Source: Octopus sinensis (lineage: Eukaryota). Taken from it: DNA of 64,000 nucleotides. The DNA is taken from positions 61,318,001 to 61,382,000 of the forward strand of contig NC_042998.1 of assembly GCF_006345805.1 (NCBI RefSeq), read 5' to 3'. Below, in pieces: positions 1 through 14,400 of this stretch. A program made the translations under genes and the position numbers. How positions within the stretch are numbered: the stretch's first letter is position 1; every line of letters starts with the position of its first letter. The notes beneath the pieces are model-generated. The model was not told the origin of the DNA and did not search any database. It was given only the letters and a program-made list of their open reading frames with translations.

Positions 1-1032
1 TGTATCTTAGCTTCATCCATTCGGTCATGTCATTCTCCACCTCTCTTTCAAGTCATTGTTCTTATCCTCCTTTTCTTGTAACTTTCACTCCCTACATCCT
101 CATTATTCTTCCGTTATCACTTAACCTTATCACTTTCTCAACATGTCTTCATGATTGTAAAAACACATCAAAGAGCAATGAGAATTGTATAATATTATAA
201 GATGCAAGACCACCTGACCAGTGCTAGCACTATGAGGAAATGGCCCCAGTACACACTTGAAAGTGATTGATAAATGAGAGGAGACAGCATAATTTTGAGT
301 GGAACGTTCAATCTAATTGTGGACATTGGATTCTGATGCTGCCCATCAGCTTGTCGGCTCTGGTCAAACTGTCTAACCCAGCCAGCATGGACAATGGTGA
401 TGATGACAATCTTATTAGTGCCTGTGTTACTATAAAACATACCCAAGAGACTTTATAAAATGGTTGCTGTTAAGATGGTATCTTATCATAGAAAATCCAG
501 AGTATTTAAGAGTGATGTGTGGCTACCTCAAGAAGTGAAAGTGGATGTTAAGTCTGAATAAGAACTGGCTTGGACATTGATGACCCATCTAATCGACGGG
601 AGCATGGAAGCAGATGATGAATGATAATGACATTATCATTAACTTTTTTGTATTTATTATTTTGCATCTTGCAGCCTGTATATAATCTTTAGGACTTGAA
701 ACTTACACCTGTGTAGCAGGGTCTGACTTACAGAAACTGTCGTGTGATGTTATTGTTAATATAAGATCAACATCAAAAAGAACATCTAATCTCATTCATG
801 TTACTACTGTTTTACTACATTTGTCACTGATATTAATTAAGACCAACTATTTACAAAAGGTCACAGTAATGCTTCATATAATATATATAAATAGTATCAT
901 AAATATACAGAAATATTTAACATTTTATTTTAGGACACAATAACATCTGAACCTTATTGGACTATAGGAGTCAATAATGTCAGTTTGTTGAGAAGTGGTT
1001 GTGTGCACAAGAAAAACAGTAGAATTACTTAC

Positions 1033-1055
1033 ACAGATGGTAATAAAGTTTAAAT
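1033..1055 (-). other. Candidate 23-nt micro-exon, one per unit
   Basis: catctactctcatccaacag|ATTTAAACTTTATTACCATCTGT|gtaagt. Length and both splice sites are kept in the diverged copies near 36850 and 38400. Confidence 0.35.
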
Positions 1056-1551
1056 CTGTTGGATGAGAGTAGATGATGCTGTTATAAAATCAGGTTAAAT
1101 TTCAGACGTACAAATGTAAATCAATAAATGAATAATATCTGATTCATTACATGATTCATGTTAACAGTTTGTATATGTAATACAAAAAAAATACTGTCTG
1201 ACATTGCAATACTAGATATCTATATAAATTGTATATATTCTGAGTAAAAAATAAGTGACTTTCATTACAGTGAATATGATTATGTCTCAGCACAGATCTA
1301 TATTGTAGAAGTTCCATCATCATCGTTATCATCATCATGATTGTTGTCGTCAAGTAATATCTGCTTTCCATGCTGACATGTATTGGACGGTCTGACTGAG
1401 AGCTGGCAAGCCAGAAGTTTGCACCAGTCTCCAAACTGATCTGACATGTGTGCATATATATGTAAACATACATATACATGCATACATATATATGCATATA
1501 TATACAGACATATACATACACAAATATATCACAGTGAAAGTATTAACTCAC

Positions 1552-1593
1552 ATTACAATGGCGATTCTATTGTTTCACTTTTGACAAGTAATA
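1552..1593 (-). CDS. Candidate 42-nt terminal-coding exon (phase 1: VLLVKSETIESPL-stop), one per unit; representative copy
   Basis: ctcttatctcttacactatttcag|TATTACTTGTC...CCATTGTAAT|gtgagt, with a strong pyrimidine tract and consensus donor. The phase-1 frame stops at its last full codon. Confidence 0.4.
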
Positions 1594-1629
1594 CTGAAAT
1601 AGTGTAAGAGATAAGAGATTGCTCTTAGA

Positions 1630-1815
1630 ACACATTAGGCAAGAAGTTGAAAATTTGTTTGGCCCATGACACTGCATGGACCTGAAGTGAGGCATGTGTG
1701 AAATTTGTATGAAATCAGCTGGGTAGTTCTCGAGTTTTAGTGATGCACACATACATACAGACACACATTTACATGCACACATACATGCATTCTCAGTAAT
1801 ATATATATATATATA
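1630..1815 (-). mobile_element. Fragment of a non-autonomous Helitron-like interspersed repeat embedded in each unit
   Basis: Minus strand (TA)n-ctgagaatg-(TGTA/TG)n-catcactaaaactcgagaactacccagctgatttcatacaaatttcacac resembles the 5' ends of invertebrate non-autonomous Helitron-type elements. Confidence 0.4.
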
Positions 1816-1846
1816 TCTTTATATAGACTATAAAACATATTCTAAC

Positions 1847-1954
1847 CTGAGATATTCTGGGAAGATAATCCAGCGAGAAATAATATAGCATATCACATAT
1901 TAGACTACCGTAAAAATCTGACAACCTCATAAGATGATCAATCAAGAAGAACTT
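1847..1954 (-). other. Candidate 108-nt exon-like segment (KFFLIDHLMRLSDFYGSLICDMLYYFSLDYLPRISQ), one per unit
   Basis: ctctag|...CAG|gttaga and open in phase 0. The diverged copy at 39247-39354 has the same length, a CAG acceptor and is also open. Confidence 0.3.
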
Positions 1955-2407
1955 CTAGAGAACGATTTTATAAACAAAGGAAATTATCTTTAACAATTTT
2001 CACCACTTAAAAATATTTCCAGTTCAGATTTGTTATTTAATCTCCTACATTAGAAAGCTGAGAATGATGTTCTTATAAGTACTTTTGACTTTAATTATCA
2101 GTTTCCCAAGATGTTAATAACATCATTAATCATCACTGTTGGCTGGCAACTGACAGTCACTCAGTCTTGTCATTCTCCAACTCTCTTTCAAATCACCATT
2201 ATTATCCTCGTTTTCTCACAACTTTCACTCCCTGCATCCTCATTATTCTTCTGTCATCACTTCTCAATGTGTCACCTTGAATGAAAGAACATATCATAAG
2301 AGCAGTAAGAACTGTCTAATTTTATGGGACGCAAGAAAAACTGACCAATGCTAGTCCTCAAGGGAAAACTTATAGAAATCAATTTAGTACTTTAGTTTTA
2401 TACTCAC

Positions 2408-2443
2408 CGACTGGCGCTTCATTTCCATCCCGCATGTGTGGGT
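2408..2443 (-). CDS. Candidate 36-nt phase-1/phase-1 micro-exon (DPHMRDGNEAPV), one per repeat unit; representative copy
   Basis: Minus strand reads gaatttcag|ACCCACACATGCGGGATGGAAATGAAGCGCCAGTCG|gtgagt. It is a GC-rich island in AT-rich flanks and is open in phase 1. Other copies have lowest coordinate 5150, 7891, 10633, 13374, 16116, 18858, 21597 (donor damaged), 24336, 27080, 29819 and ~32546 (degraded). Confidence 0.55.
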
Positions 2444-5400
2444 CTGAAATTCATAATTTCAAGTGTTATAATTTATAGTAAAATTTACCTGCATACACAT
2501 TCACACAAAAAGCTATAATTATTAATCTAAACTTTTACCAATTAAAGACATTAACAGCAACACTGACCAAATGATTTCACAGTTAGACTTTCTAAAGTTT
2601 GTTCAGATTTTGTGATTGAGCCTCATACTTTACCAAAGCCAAATTTGATGTTCCAGTAGATAACACTGTCTTTGATAATTGGATTCTTAAGATGTTAGTA
2701 AATCATTAACCATCTCACAAATAATTGTATCTTAGCTTCATCCATTCGGTCATGTCATTCTCCACCTCTCTTTCAAGTCATTGTTCTTATCATCCTTTTC
2801 TTGTAACTTTCACTCCCTACATCCTCATTATTCTTCCGTTATCACTTAAACTTATCACTTTCTCAACATGTCTTCATGATTGTAAAAACACATCAGAGAG
2901 CAATGAGAATTGTATCATATTATGAGATGCAAATAACATGACCAGTGCTAGCACTATGAGGAAATGGCCCCAGTACACATTTGAAAGTGATTGATAAATG
3001 AGAGGAGACAGCATAATTTTCTGTGGAACTTTCAATCTAATTGTGGACATTGGATTCTGATGCTGCCCATCAGCTTGTCGGCTCTGGTCAAACTGTCTAA
3101 CCCAGGCCATCATGGACAATGGACGTAAAATGATGATGATGATGATGACAATCTTATTAGTGCCTGTGTTACAATAAAACATACCCAAGAGACTTTATAA
3201 AATGGTTGCTGTTAAGATGGTATCTTGTCATAGAAAATCCAGAGTATTTAAGAGAGATGTGTGGCTACCTCAAGCAGTCAAAGTGGATGTTAAGTCTGAA
3301 TAAGAACTGGCTTGGATATTGATGACCCATCTAATCGGCGGGAGCATGGAAGCAGATGATGAATGATAATGACATTATCATTTATTTTTTTGTATTTATT
3401 ATTTTGCATCTTGCAGCCTGTATATAATCTTTAGGACTTGAAACTTACACCTGTGTAGCAGGGTCTGACTTACAGAAACTGTCGTGTGATGTTATTGTTA
3501 ATATAAGATCAACATCAAAAAGAGCATCTAATCTCATTCATGTTACTACTGTTTTACTACATTTGTCACTGATATTAATTAAGACCAACTATTTACAAAA
3601 GGTCACAGTAATGCTTCATATAATATATCTAAATAGTATCATAAATATACAGAAATATTTAACATTTTATTTTAGGACACAATAACATCTGAACCTTATT
3701 GGACTATAGGAGTCAATAATGTCAGTTTGTTGAGAAGTGGTTGTGTGCACAAGAAAAACAGTAGAATTACTTACACAGATGGTAATAAAGTTTAAATCTG
3801 TTGGATGAGAGTAGATGATGCTGTTATAAAATCAGGTTAAATTTCAGACGTACAAATGTAAATCAATAAATGAATAATATCTGATTCATTACATGATTCA
3901 TGTTAACAGTTTGTATATGTAATACAAAAAAAATACTGTCTGACATTGCAATACTAGATATCTATATAAATTGTATATATTCTGAGTAAAAAATAAGTGA
4001 CTTTCATTACAGTGAATATGATTATGTCTCAGCACAGATCTATATTGTAGAAGTTCCATCATCATCGTTATCATCATCATGATTGTTGTCGTCAATTAAT
4101 ATCTGCTTTCCATGCTGACATGTATTGGACGGTCTGACTGAGAGCTGGCAAGCCAGAAGTTTGCACCAGTCTCCAAACTGATCTGACATGTGTGCATATA
4201 TATGTAAACATACATATACATACATACATATATATGCATATATATACAGACATATACATACACAAATATATCACAGTGAAAGTATTAACTCACATTACAA
4301 TGGCGATTCTATTGTTTCACTTTTGACAAGTAATACTGAAATAGTGTAAGAGATAAGAGATTGCTCTTAGAACACATTAGGCAAGAAGTTGAAAATTTGT
4401 TTGGCCCATGACACTGCATGGACCTGAAGTGAGGCATGTGTGAAATTTGTATGAAATCAGCTGGGTAGTTCTCGAGTTTTAGTGATGCACACATACATAC
4501 AGACACACATTTACATGCACACATACATGCATTCTCAGTAATATATATATATATATATCTTTATATAGACTATAAAACATATTCTAACCTGAGATATTCT
4601 GGGAAGATAATCCAGCGAGAAATAATATAGCATATCACATATTAGACTACCGTAAAAATCTGACAACCTCATAAGATGATCAATCAAGAAGAACTTCTAG
4701 AGAACGATTTTATAAACAAAGGAAATTATCTTTAACAATTTTCACCACTTAAAAATATTTCCAGTTCAGATTTGTTATTTAATCTCCTACATTAGAAAGC
4801 TGAGAATGATGTTCTTATAAGTACTTTTGACTTTAATTATCAGTTTCCCAAGATGTTAATAACATCATTAATCATCACTGTTGGCTGGCAACTGACAGTC
4901 ACTCAGTCTTGTCATTCTCCAACTCTCTTTCAAATCACCATTATTATCCTCGTTTTCTCACAACTTTCACTCCCTGCATCCTCATTATTCTTCTGTCATC
5001 ACTTCTCAATGTGTCACCTTGAATGAAAGAACATATCATAAGAGCAGTAAGAACTGTCTAATTTTATGGGACGCAAGAAAAACTGACCAATGCTAGTCCT
5101 CAAGGGAAAACTTATAGAAATCAATTTAGTACTTTAGTTTTATACTCACCGACTGGCGCTTCATTTCCATCCCGCATGTGTGGGTCTGAAATTCATAATT
5201 TCAAGTGTTATAATTTATAGTAAAATTTACCTGCATACACATTCACACAAAAAGCTATAATTATTAATCTAAACTTTTACCAATTAAAGACATTAACAGC
5301 AACACTGACCAAATGATTTCACAGTTAGACTTTCTAAAGTTTGTTCAGATTTTGTGATTGAGCCTCATACTTTACCAAAGCCAAATTTGATGTTCCAGTA

Positions 5401-8400
5401 GATAACACTGTCTTTGATAATTGGATTCTTAAGATGTTAGTAAATCATTAACCATCTCACAAATAATTGTATCTTAGCTTCATCCATTCGGTCATGTCAT
5501 TCTCCACCTCTCTTTCAAGTCATTGTTCTTATCATCCTTTTCTTGTAACTTTCACTCCCTACATCCTCATTATTCTTCCGTTATCACTTAAACTTATCAC
5601 TTTCTCAACATGTCTTCATGATTGTAAAAACACATCAGAGAGCAATGAGAATTGTATCATATTATGAGATGCAAATAACATGACCAGTGCTAGCACTATG
5701 AGGAAATGGCCCCAGTACACATTTGAAAGTGATTGATAAATGAGAGGAGACAGCATAATTTTCTGTGGAACTTCAATCTAATTGTGGATATTGGATTCTG
5801 ATGCTGCCCATCAGCTTGTCGGCTCTGGTCAAACTGTCTAACCCAGGCCAGCATGGACAGTGGACGTAAAATGATGATGATGATGATGACAATCTTATTA
5901 GTGCCTGTGTTACAATAAAACATACCCAAGAGACTTTATAAAATGGTTGCTGTTAAGATGGTATCTTGTCATAGAAAATCCAGAGTATTTAAGAGAGATG
6001 TGTGGCTACCTCAAGCAGTCAAAGTGGATGTTAAGTCTGAATAAGAACTGGCTTGGATATTGATGACCCATCTAATCGACGGGAGCATGGAAGCAGATGA
6101 TGAATGATAATGACATTATCATTTATTTTTTTGTATTTATTATTTTGCATCTTGCAGCCTGTATATAATCTTTAGGACTTGAAACTTACACCTGTGTAGC
6201 AGGGTCTGACTTACAGAAACTGTCGTGTGATGTTATTGTTAATATAAGATCAACATCAAAAAGAGCATCTAATCTCATTCATGTTACTACTGTTTTACTA
6301 CATTTGTCACTGATATTAATTAAGACCAACTATTTACAAAACGTCACAGTAATGCTTCATATAATATATCTAAATAGTATCATAAATATACAGAAATATT
6401 TAACATTTTATTTTAGGACACAATAACATCTGAACCTTATTGGACTATAGGAGTCAATAATGTCAGTTTGTTGAGAAGTGGTTGTGTGCACAAGAAAAAC
6501 AGTAGAATTACTTACACAGATGGTAATAAAGTTTAAATCTGTTGGATGAGAGTAGATGATGCTGTTATAAAATCAGGTTAAATTTCAGACGTACAAATGT
6601 AAATCAATAAATGAATAATATCTGATTCATTACATGATTCATGTTAACAGTTTGTATATGTAATACAAAAAAAATACTGTCTGACATTGCAATACTAGAT
6701 ATCTATATAAATTGTATATATTCTGAGTAAAAAATAAGTGACTTTCATTACAGTGAATATGATTATGTCTCAGCACAGATCTATATTGTAGAAGTTCCAT
6801 CATCATCGTTATCATCATCATGATTGTTGTCGTCAATTAATATCTGCTTTCCATGCTGACATGTATTGGACGGTCTGACTGAGAGCTGGCAAGCCAGAAG
6901 TTTGCACCAGTCTCCAAACTGATCTGACATGTGTGCATATATATGTAAACATACATATACATACATACATATATATGCATATATATACAGACATATACAT
7001 ACACAAATATATCACAGTGAAAGTATTAACTCACATTACAATGGCGATTCTATTGTTTCACTTTTGACAAGTAATACTGAAATAGTGTAAGAGATAAGAG
7101 ATTGCTCTTAGAACACATTAGGCAAGAAGTTGAAAATTTGTTTGGCCCATGACACTGCATGGACCTGAAGTGAGGCATGTGTGAAATTTGTATGAAATCA
7201 GCTGGGTAGTTCTCGAGTTTTAGTGATGCACACATACATACAGACACACATTTACATGCACACATACATGCATTCTCAGTAATATATATATATATATATC
7301 TTTATATAGACTATAAAACATATTCTAACCTGAGATATTCTGGGAAGATAATCCAGCGAGAAATAATATAGCATATCACATATTAGACTACCGTAAAAAT
7401 CTGACAACCTCATAAGATGATCAATCAAGAAGAACTTCTAGAGAACGATTTTATAAACAAAGGAAATTATCTTTAACAATTTTCACCACTTAAAAATATT
7501 TCCAGTTCAGATTTGTTATTTAATCTCCTACATTAGAAAGCTGAGAATGATGTTCTTATAAGTACTTTTGACTTTAATTATCAGTTTCCCAAGATGTTAA
7601 TAACATCATTAATCATCACTGTTGGCTGGCAACTGACAGTCACTCAGTCTTGTCATTCTCCAACTCTCTTTCAAATCACCATTATTATCCTCGTTTTCTC
7701 ACAACTTTCACTCCCTGCATCCTCATTATTCTTCTGTCATCACTTCTCAATGTGTCACCTTGAATGAAAGAACATATCATAAGAGCAGTAAGAACTGTCT
7801 AATTTTATGGGACGCAAGAAAAACTGACCAATGCTAGTCCTCAAGGGAAAACTTATAGAAATCAATTTAGTACTTTAGTTTTATACTCACCGACTGGCGC
7901 TTCATTTCCATCCCGCATGTGTGGGTCTGAAATTCATAATTTCAAGTGTTATAATTTATAGTAAAATTTACCTGCATACACATTCACACAAAAAGCTATA
8001 ATTATTAATCTAAACTTTTACCAATTAAAGACATTAACAGCAACACTGACCAAATGATTTCACAGTTAGACTTTCTAAAGTTTGTTCAGATTTTGTGATT
8101 GAGCCTCATACTTTACCAAAGCCAAATTTGATGTTCCAGTAGATAACACTGTCTTTGATAATTGGATTCTTAAGATGTTAGTAAATCATTAACCATCTCA
8201 CAAATAATTGTATCTTAGCTTCATCCATTCGGTCATGTCATTCTCCACCTCTCTTTCAAGTCATTGTTCTTATCATCCTTTTCTTGTAACTTTCACTCCC
8301 TACATCCTCATTATTCTTCCGTTATCACTTAAACTTATCACTTTCTCAACATGTCTTCATGATTGTAAAAACACATCAGAGAGCAATGAGAATTGTATCA

Positions 8401-11400
8401 TATTATGAGATGCAAATAACATGACCAGTGCTAGCACTATGAGGAAATGGCCCCAGTACACATTTGAAAGTGATTGATAAATGAGAGGAGACAGCATAAT
8501 TTTCTGTGGAACGTTCAATCTAATTGTGGATATTGGATTCTGATGCTGCCCATCAGCTTGTCGGCTCTGGTCAAACTGTCTAACCCAGGCCAGCATGGAC
8601 AGTGGACGTAAAATGATGATGATGATGATGACAATCTTATTAGTGCCTGTGTTACAATAAAACATACCCAAGAGACTTTATAAAATGGTTGCTGTTAAGA
8701 TGGTATCTTGTCATAGAAAATCCAGAGTATTTAAGAGAGATGTGTGGCTACCTCAAGCAGTCAAAGTGGATGTTAAGTCTGAATAAGAACTGGCTTGGAT
8801 ATTGATGACCCATCTAATCGACGGGAGCATGGAAGCAGATGATGAATGATAATGACATTATCATTTATTTTTTTGTATTTATTATTTTGCATCTTGCAGC
8901 CTGTATATAATCTTTAGGACTTGAAACTTACACCTGTGTAGCAGGGTCTGACTTACAGAAACTGTCGTGTGATGTTATTGTTAATATAAGATCAACATCA
9001 AAAAGAGCATCTAATCTCATTCATGTTACTACTGTTTTACTACATTTGTCACTGATATTAATTAAGACCAACTATTTACAAAACGTCACAGTAATGCTTC
9101 ATATAATATATCTAAATAGTATCATAAATATACAGAAATATTTAACATTTTATTTTAGGACACAATAACATCTGAACCTTATTGGACTATAGGAGTCAAT
9201 AATGTCAGTTTGTTGAGAAGTGGTTGTGTGCACAAGAAAAACAGTAGAATTACTTACACAGATGGTAATAAAGTTTAAATCTGTTGGATGAGAGTAGATG
9301 ATGCTGTTATAAAATCAGGTTAAATTTCAGACGTACAAATGTAAATCAATAAATGAATAATATCTGATTCATTACATGATTCATGTTAACAGTTTGTATA
9401 TGTAATACAAAAAAAATACTGTCTGACATTGCAATACTAGATATCTATATAAATTGTATATATTCTGAGTAAAAAATAAGTGACTTTCATTACAGTGAAT
9501 ATGATTATGTCTCAGCACAGATCTATATTGTAGAAGTTCCATCATCATCGTTATCATCATCATGATTGTTGTCGTCAATTAATATCTGCTTTCCATGCTG
9601 ACATGTATTGGACGGTCTGACTGAGAGCTGGCAAGCCAGAAGTTTGCACCAGTCTCCAAACTGATCTGACATGTGTGCATATATATGTAAACATACATAT
9701 ACATACATACATATATATGCATATATATACAGACATATACATACACAAATATATCACAGTGAAAGTATTAACTCACATTACAATGGCGATTCTATTGTTT
9801 CACTTTTGACAAGTAATACTGAAATAGTGTAAGAGATAAGAGATTGCTCTTAGAACACATTAGGCAAGAAGTTGAAAATTTGTTTGGCCCATGACACTGC
9901 ATGGACCTGAAGTGAGGCATGTGTGAAATTTGTATGAAATCAGCTGGGTAGTTCTCGAGTTTTAGTGATGCACACATACATACAGACACACATTTACATG
10001 CACACATACATGCATTCTCAGTAATATATATATATATATATCTTTATATAGACTATAAAACATATTCTAACCTGAGATATTCTGGGAAGATAATCCAGCG
10101 AGAAATAATATAGCATATCACATATTAGACTACCGTAAAAATCTGACAACCTCATAAGATGATCAATCAAGAAGAACTTCTAGAGAACGATTTTATAAAC
10201 AAAGGAAATTATCTTTAACAATTTTCACCACTTAAAAATATTTCCAGTTCAGATTTGTTATTTAATCTCCTACATTAGAAAGCTGAGAATGATGTTCTTA
10301 TAAGTACTTTTGACTTTAATTATCAGTTTCCCAAGATGTTAATAACATCATTAATCATCACTGTTGGCTGGCAACTGACAGTCACTCAGTCTTGTCATTC
10401 TCCAACTCTCTTTCAAATCACCATTATTATCCTCGTTTTCTCACAACTTTCACTCCCTGCATCCTCATTATTCTTCTGTCATCACTTCTCAATGTGTCAC
10501 CTTGAATGAAAGAACATATCATAAGAGCAGTAAGAACTGTCTAATTTTATGGGACGCAAGAAAAACTGACCAATGCTAGTCCTCAAGGGAAAACTTATAG
10601 AAATCAATTTAGTACTTTAGTTTTATACTCACCGACTGGCGCTTCATTTCCATCCCGCATGTGTGGGTCTGAAATTCATAATTTCAAGTGTTATAATTTA
10701 TAGTAAAATTTACCTGCATACACATTCACACAAAAAGCTATAATTATTAATCTAAACTTTTACCAATTAAAGACATTAACAGCAACACTGACCAAATGAT
10801 TTCACAGTTAGACTTTCTAAAGTTTGTTCAGATTTTGTGATTGAGCCTCATACTTTACCAAAGCCAAATTTGATGTTCCAGTAGATAACACTGTCTTTGA
10901 TAATTGGATTCTTAAGATGTTAGTAAATCATTAACCATCTCACAAATAATTGTATCTTAGCTTCATCCATTCGGTCATGTCATTCTCCACCTCTCTTTCA
11001 AGTCATTGTTCTTATCATCCTTTTCTTGTAACTTTCACTCCCTACATCCTCATTATTCTTCCGTTATCACTTAAACTTATCACTTTCTCAACATGTCTTC
11101 ATGATTGTAAAAACACATCAGAGAGCAATGAGAATTGTATCATATTATGAGATGCAAATAACATGACCAGTGCTAGCACTATGAGGAAATGGCCCCAGTA
11201 CACATTTGAAAGTGATTGATAAATGAGAGGAGACAGCATAATTTTCTGTGGAACGTTCAATCTAATTGTGGATATTGGATTCTGATGCTGCCCATCAGCT
11301 TGTCGGCTCTGGTCAAACTGTCTAACCCAGGCCAGCATGGACAGTGGACGTAAAATGATGATGATGATGATGACAATCTTATTAGTGCCTGTGTTACAAT

Positions 11401-14400
11401 AAAACATACCCAAGAGACTTTATAAAATGGTTGCTGTTAAGATGGTATCTTGTCATAGAAAATCCAGAGTATTTAAGAGAGATGTGTGGCTACCTCAAGC
11501 AGTCAAAGTGGATGTTAAGTCTGAATAAGAACTGGCTTGGATATTGATGACCCATCTAATCGACGGGAGCATGGAAGCAGATGATGAATGATAATGACAT
11601 TATCATTTATTTTTTGTATTTATTATTTTGCATCTTGCAGCCTGTATATAATCTTTAGGACTTGAAACTTACACCTGTGTAGCAGGGTCTGACTTACAGA
11701 AACTGTCGTGTGATGTTATTGTTAATATAAGATCAACATCAAAAAGAACATCTAATCTCATTCATGTTACTACTGTTTTACTACATTTGTCACTGATATT
11801 AATTAAGACCAACTATTTACAAAAGGTCACAGTAATGCTTCATATAATATATCTAAATAGTATCATAAATATACAGAAATATTTAACATTTTATTTTAGG
11901 ACACAATAACATCTGAACCTTATTGGACTATAGGAGTCAATAATGTCAGTTTGTTGAGAAGTGGTTGTGTGCACAAGAAAAACAGTAGAATTACTTACAC
12001 AGATGGTAATAAAGTTTAAATCTGTTGGATGAGAGTAGATGATGCTGTTATAAAATCAGGTTAAATTTCAGACGTACAAATGTAAATCAATAAATGAATA
12101 ATATCTGATTCATTACATGATTCATGTTAACAGTTTGTATATGTAATACAAAAAAAATACTGTCTGACATTGCAATACTAGATATCTATATAAATTGTAT
12201 ATATTCTGAGTAAAAAATAAGTGACTTTCATTACAGTGAATATGATTATGTCTCAGCACAGATCTATATTGTAGAAGTTCCATCATCATCGTTATCATCA
12301 TCATGATTGTTGTCGTCAATTAATATCTGCTTTCCATGCTGACATGTATTGGACGGTCTGACTGAGAGCTGGCAAGCCAGAAGTTTGCACCAGTCTCCAA
12401 ACTGATCTGACATGTGTGCATATATATGTAAACATACATATACATACATACATATATATGCATATATATACAGACATATACATACACAAATATATCACAG
12501 TGAAAGTATTAACTCACATTACAATGGCGATTCTATTGTTTCACTTTTGACAAGTAATACTGAAATAGTGTAAGAGATAAGAGATTGCTCTTAGAACACA
12601 TTAGCCAAGAAGTTGAAAATTTGTTTGGCCCATGACACTGCATGGACCTGAAGTGAGGCATGTGTGAAATTTGTATGAAATCAGCTGGGTAGTTCTCGAG
12701 TTTTAGTGATGCACACATACATACAGACACACATTTACATGCACACATACATGCATTCTCAGTAATATATATATATATATATCTTTATATAGACTATAAA
12801 ACATATTCTAACCTGAGATATTCTGGGAAGATAATCCAGCGAGAAATAATATAGCATATCACATATTAGACTACCGTAAAAATCTGACAACCTCATAAGA
12901 TGATCAATCAAGAAGAACTTCTAGAGAACGATTTTATAAACAAAGGAAATTATCTTTAACAATTTTCACCACTTAAAAATATTTCCAGTTCAGATTTGTT
13001 ATTTAATCTCCTACATTAGAAAGCTGAGAATGATGTTCTTATAAGTACTTTTGACTTTAATTATCAGTTTCCCAAGATGTTAATAACATCATTAATCATC
13101 ACTGTTGGCTGGCAACTGACAGTCACTCAGTCTTGTCATTCTCCAACTCTCTTTCAAATCACCATTATTATCCTCGTTTTCTCACAACTTTCACTCCCTG
13201 CATCCTCATTATTCTTCTGTCATCACTTCTCAATGTGTCACCTTGAATGAAAGAACATATCATAAGAGCAGTAAGAACTGTCTAATTTTATGGGACGCAA
13301 GAAAAACTGACCAATGCTAGTCCTCAAGGGAAAACTTATAGAAATCAATTTAGTACTTTAGTTTTATACTCACCGACTGGCGCTTCATTTCCATCCCGCA
13401 TGTGTGGGTCTGAAATTCATAATTTCAAGTGTTATAATTTATAGTAAAATTTACCTGCATACACATTCACACAAAAAGCTATAATTATTAATCTAAACTT
13501 TTACCAATTAAAGACATTAACAGCAACACTGACCAAATGATTTCACAGTTAGACTTTCTAAAGTTTGTTCAGATTTTGTGATTGAGCCTCATACTTTACC
13601 AAAGCCAAATTTGATGTTCCAGTAGATAACACTGTCTTTGATAATTGGATTCTTAAGATGTTAGTAAATCATTAACCATCTCACAAATAATTGTATCTTA
13701 GCTTCATCCATTCGGTCATGTCATTCTCCACCTCTCTTTCAAGTCATTGTTCTTATCATCCTTTTCTTGTAACTTTCACTCCCTACATCCTCATTATTCT
13801 TCCGTTATCACTTAAACTTATCACTTTCTCAACATGTCTTCATGATTGTAAAAACACATCAGAGAGCAATGAGAATTGTATCATATTATGAGATGCAAAT
13901 AACATGACCAGTGCTAGCACTATGAGGAAATGGCCCCAGTACACATTTGAAAGTGATTGATAAATGAGAGGAGACAGCATAATTTTCTGTGGAACGTTCA
14001 ATCTAATTGTGGATATTGGATTCTGATGCTGCCCATCAGCTTGTCGGCTCTGGTCAAACTGTCTAACCCAGGCCAGCATGGACAGTGGACGTAAAATGAT
14101 GATGATGATGATGACAATCTTATTAGTGCCTGTGTTACAATAAAACATACCCAAGAGACTTTATAAAATGGTTGCTGTTAAGATGGTATCTTGTCATAGA
14201 AAATCCAGAGTATTTAAGAGAGATGTGTGGCTACCTCAAGCAGTCAAAGTGGATGTTAAGTCTGAATAAGAACTGGCTTGGATATTGATGACCCATCTAA
14301 TCGACGGGAGCATGGAAGCAGATGATGAATGATAATGACATTATCATTTATTTTTTTGTATTTATTATTTTGCATCTTGCAGCCTGTATATAATCTTTAG

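Noticed and set aside
1286-2262. C/D-box snoRNA candidates (minus-strand TGATGA...CTGA at ~1287-1340 and ~2161-2260), as in SNORD115/116-type arrays
   Set aside because: The boxes arise in GAT-rich low-complexity sequence, and no terminal stem or recognisable rRNA guide was seen. A snoscan/Infernal run would settle it.
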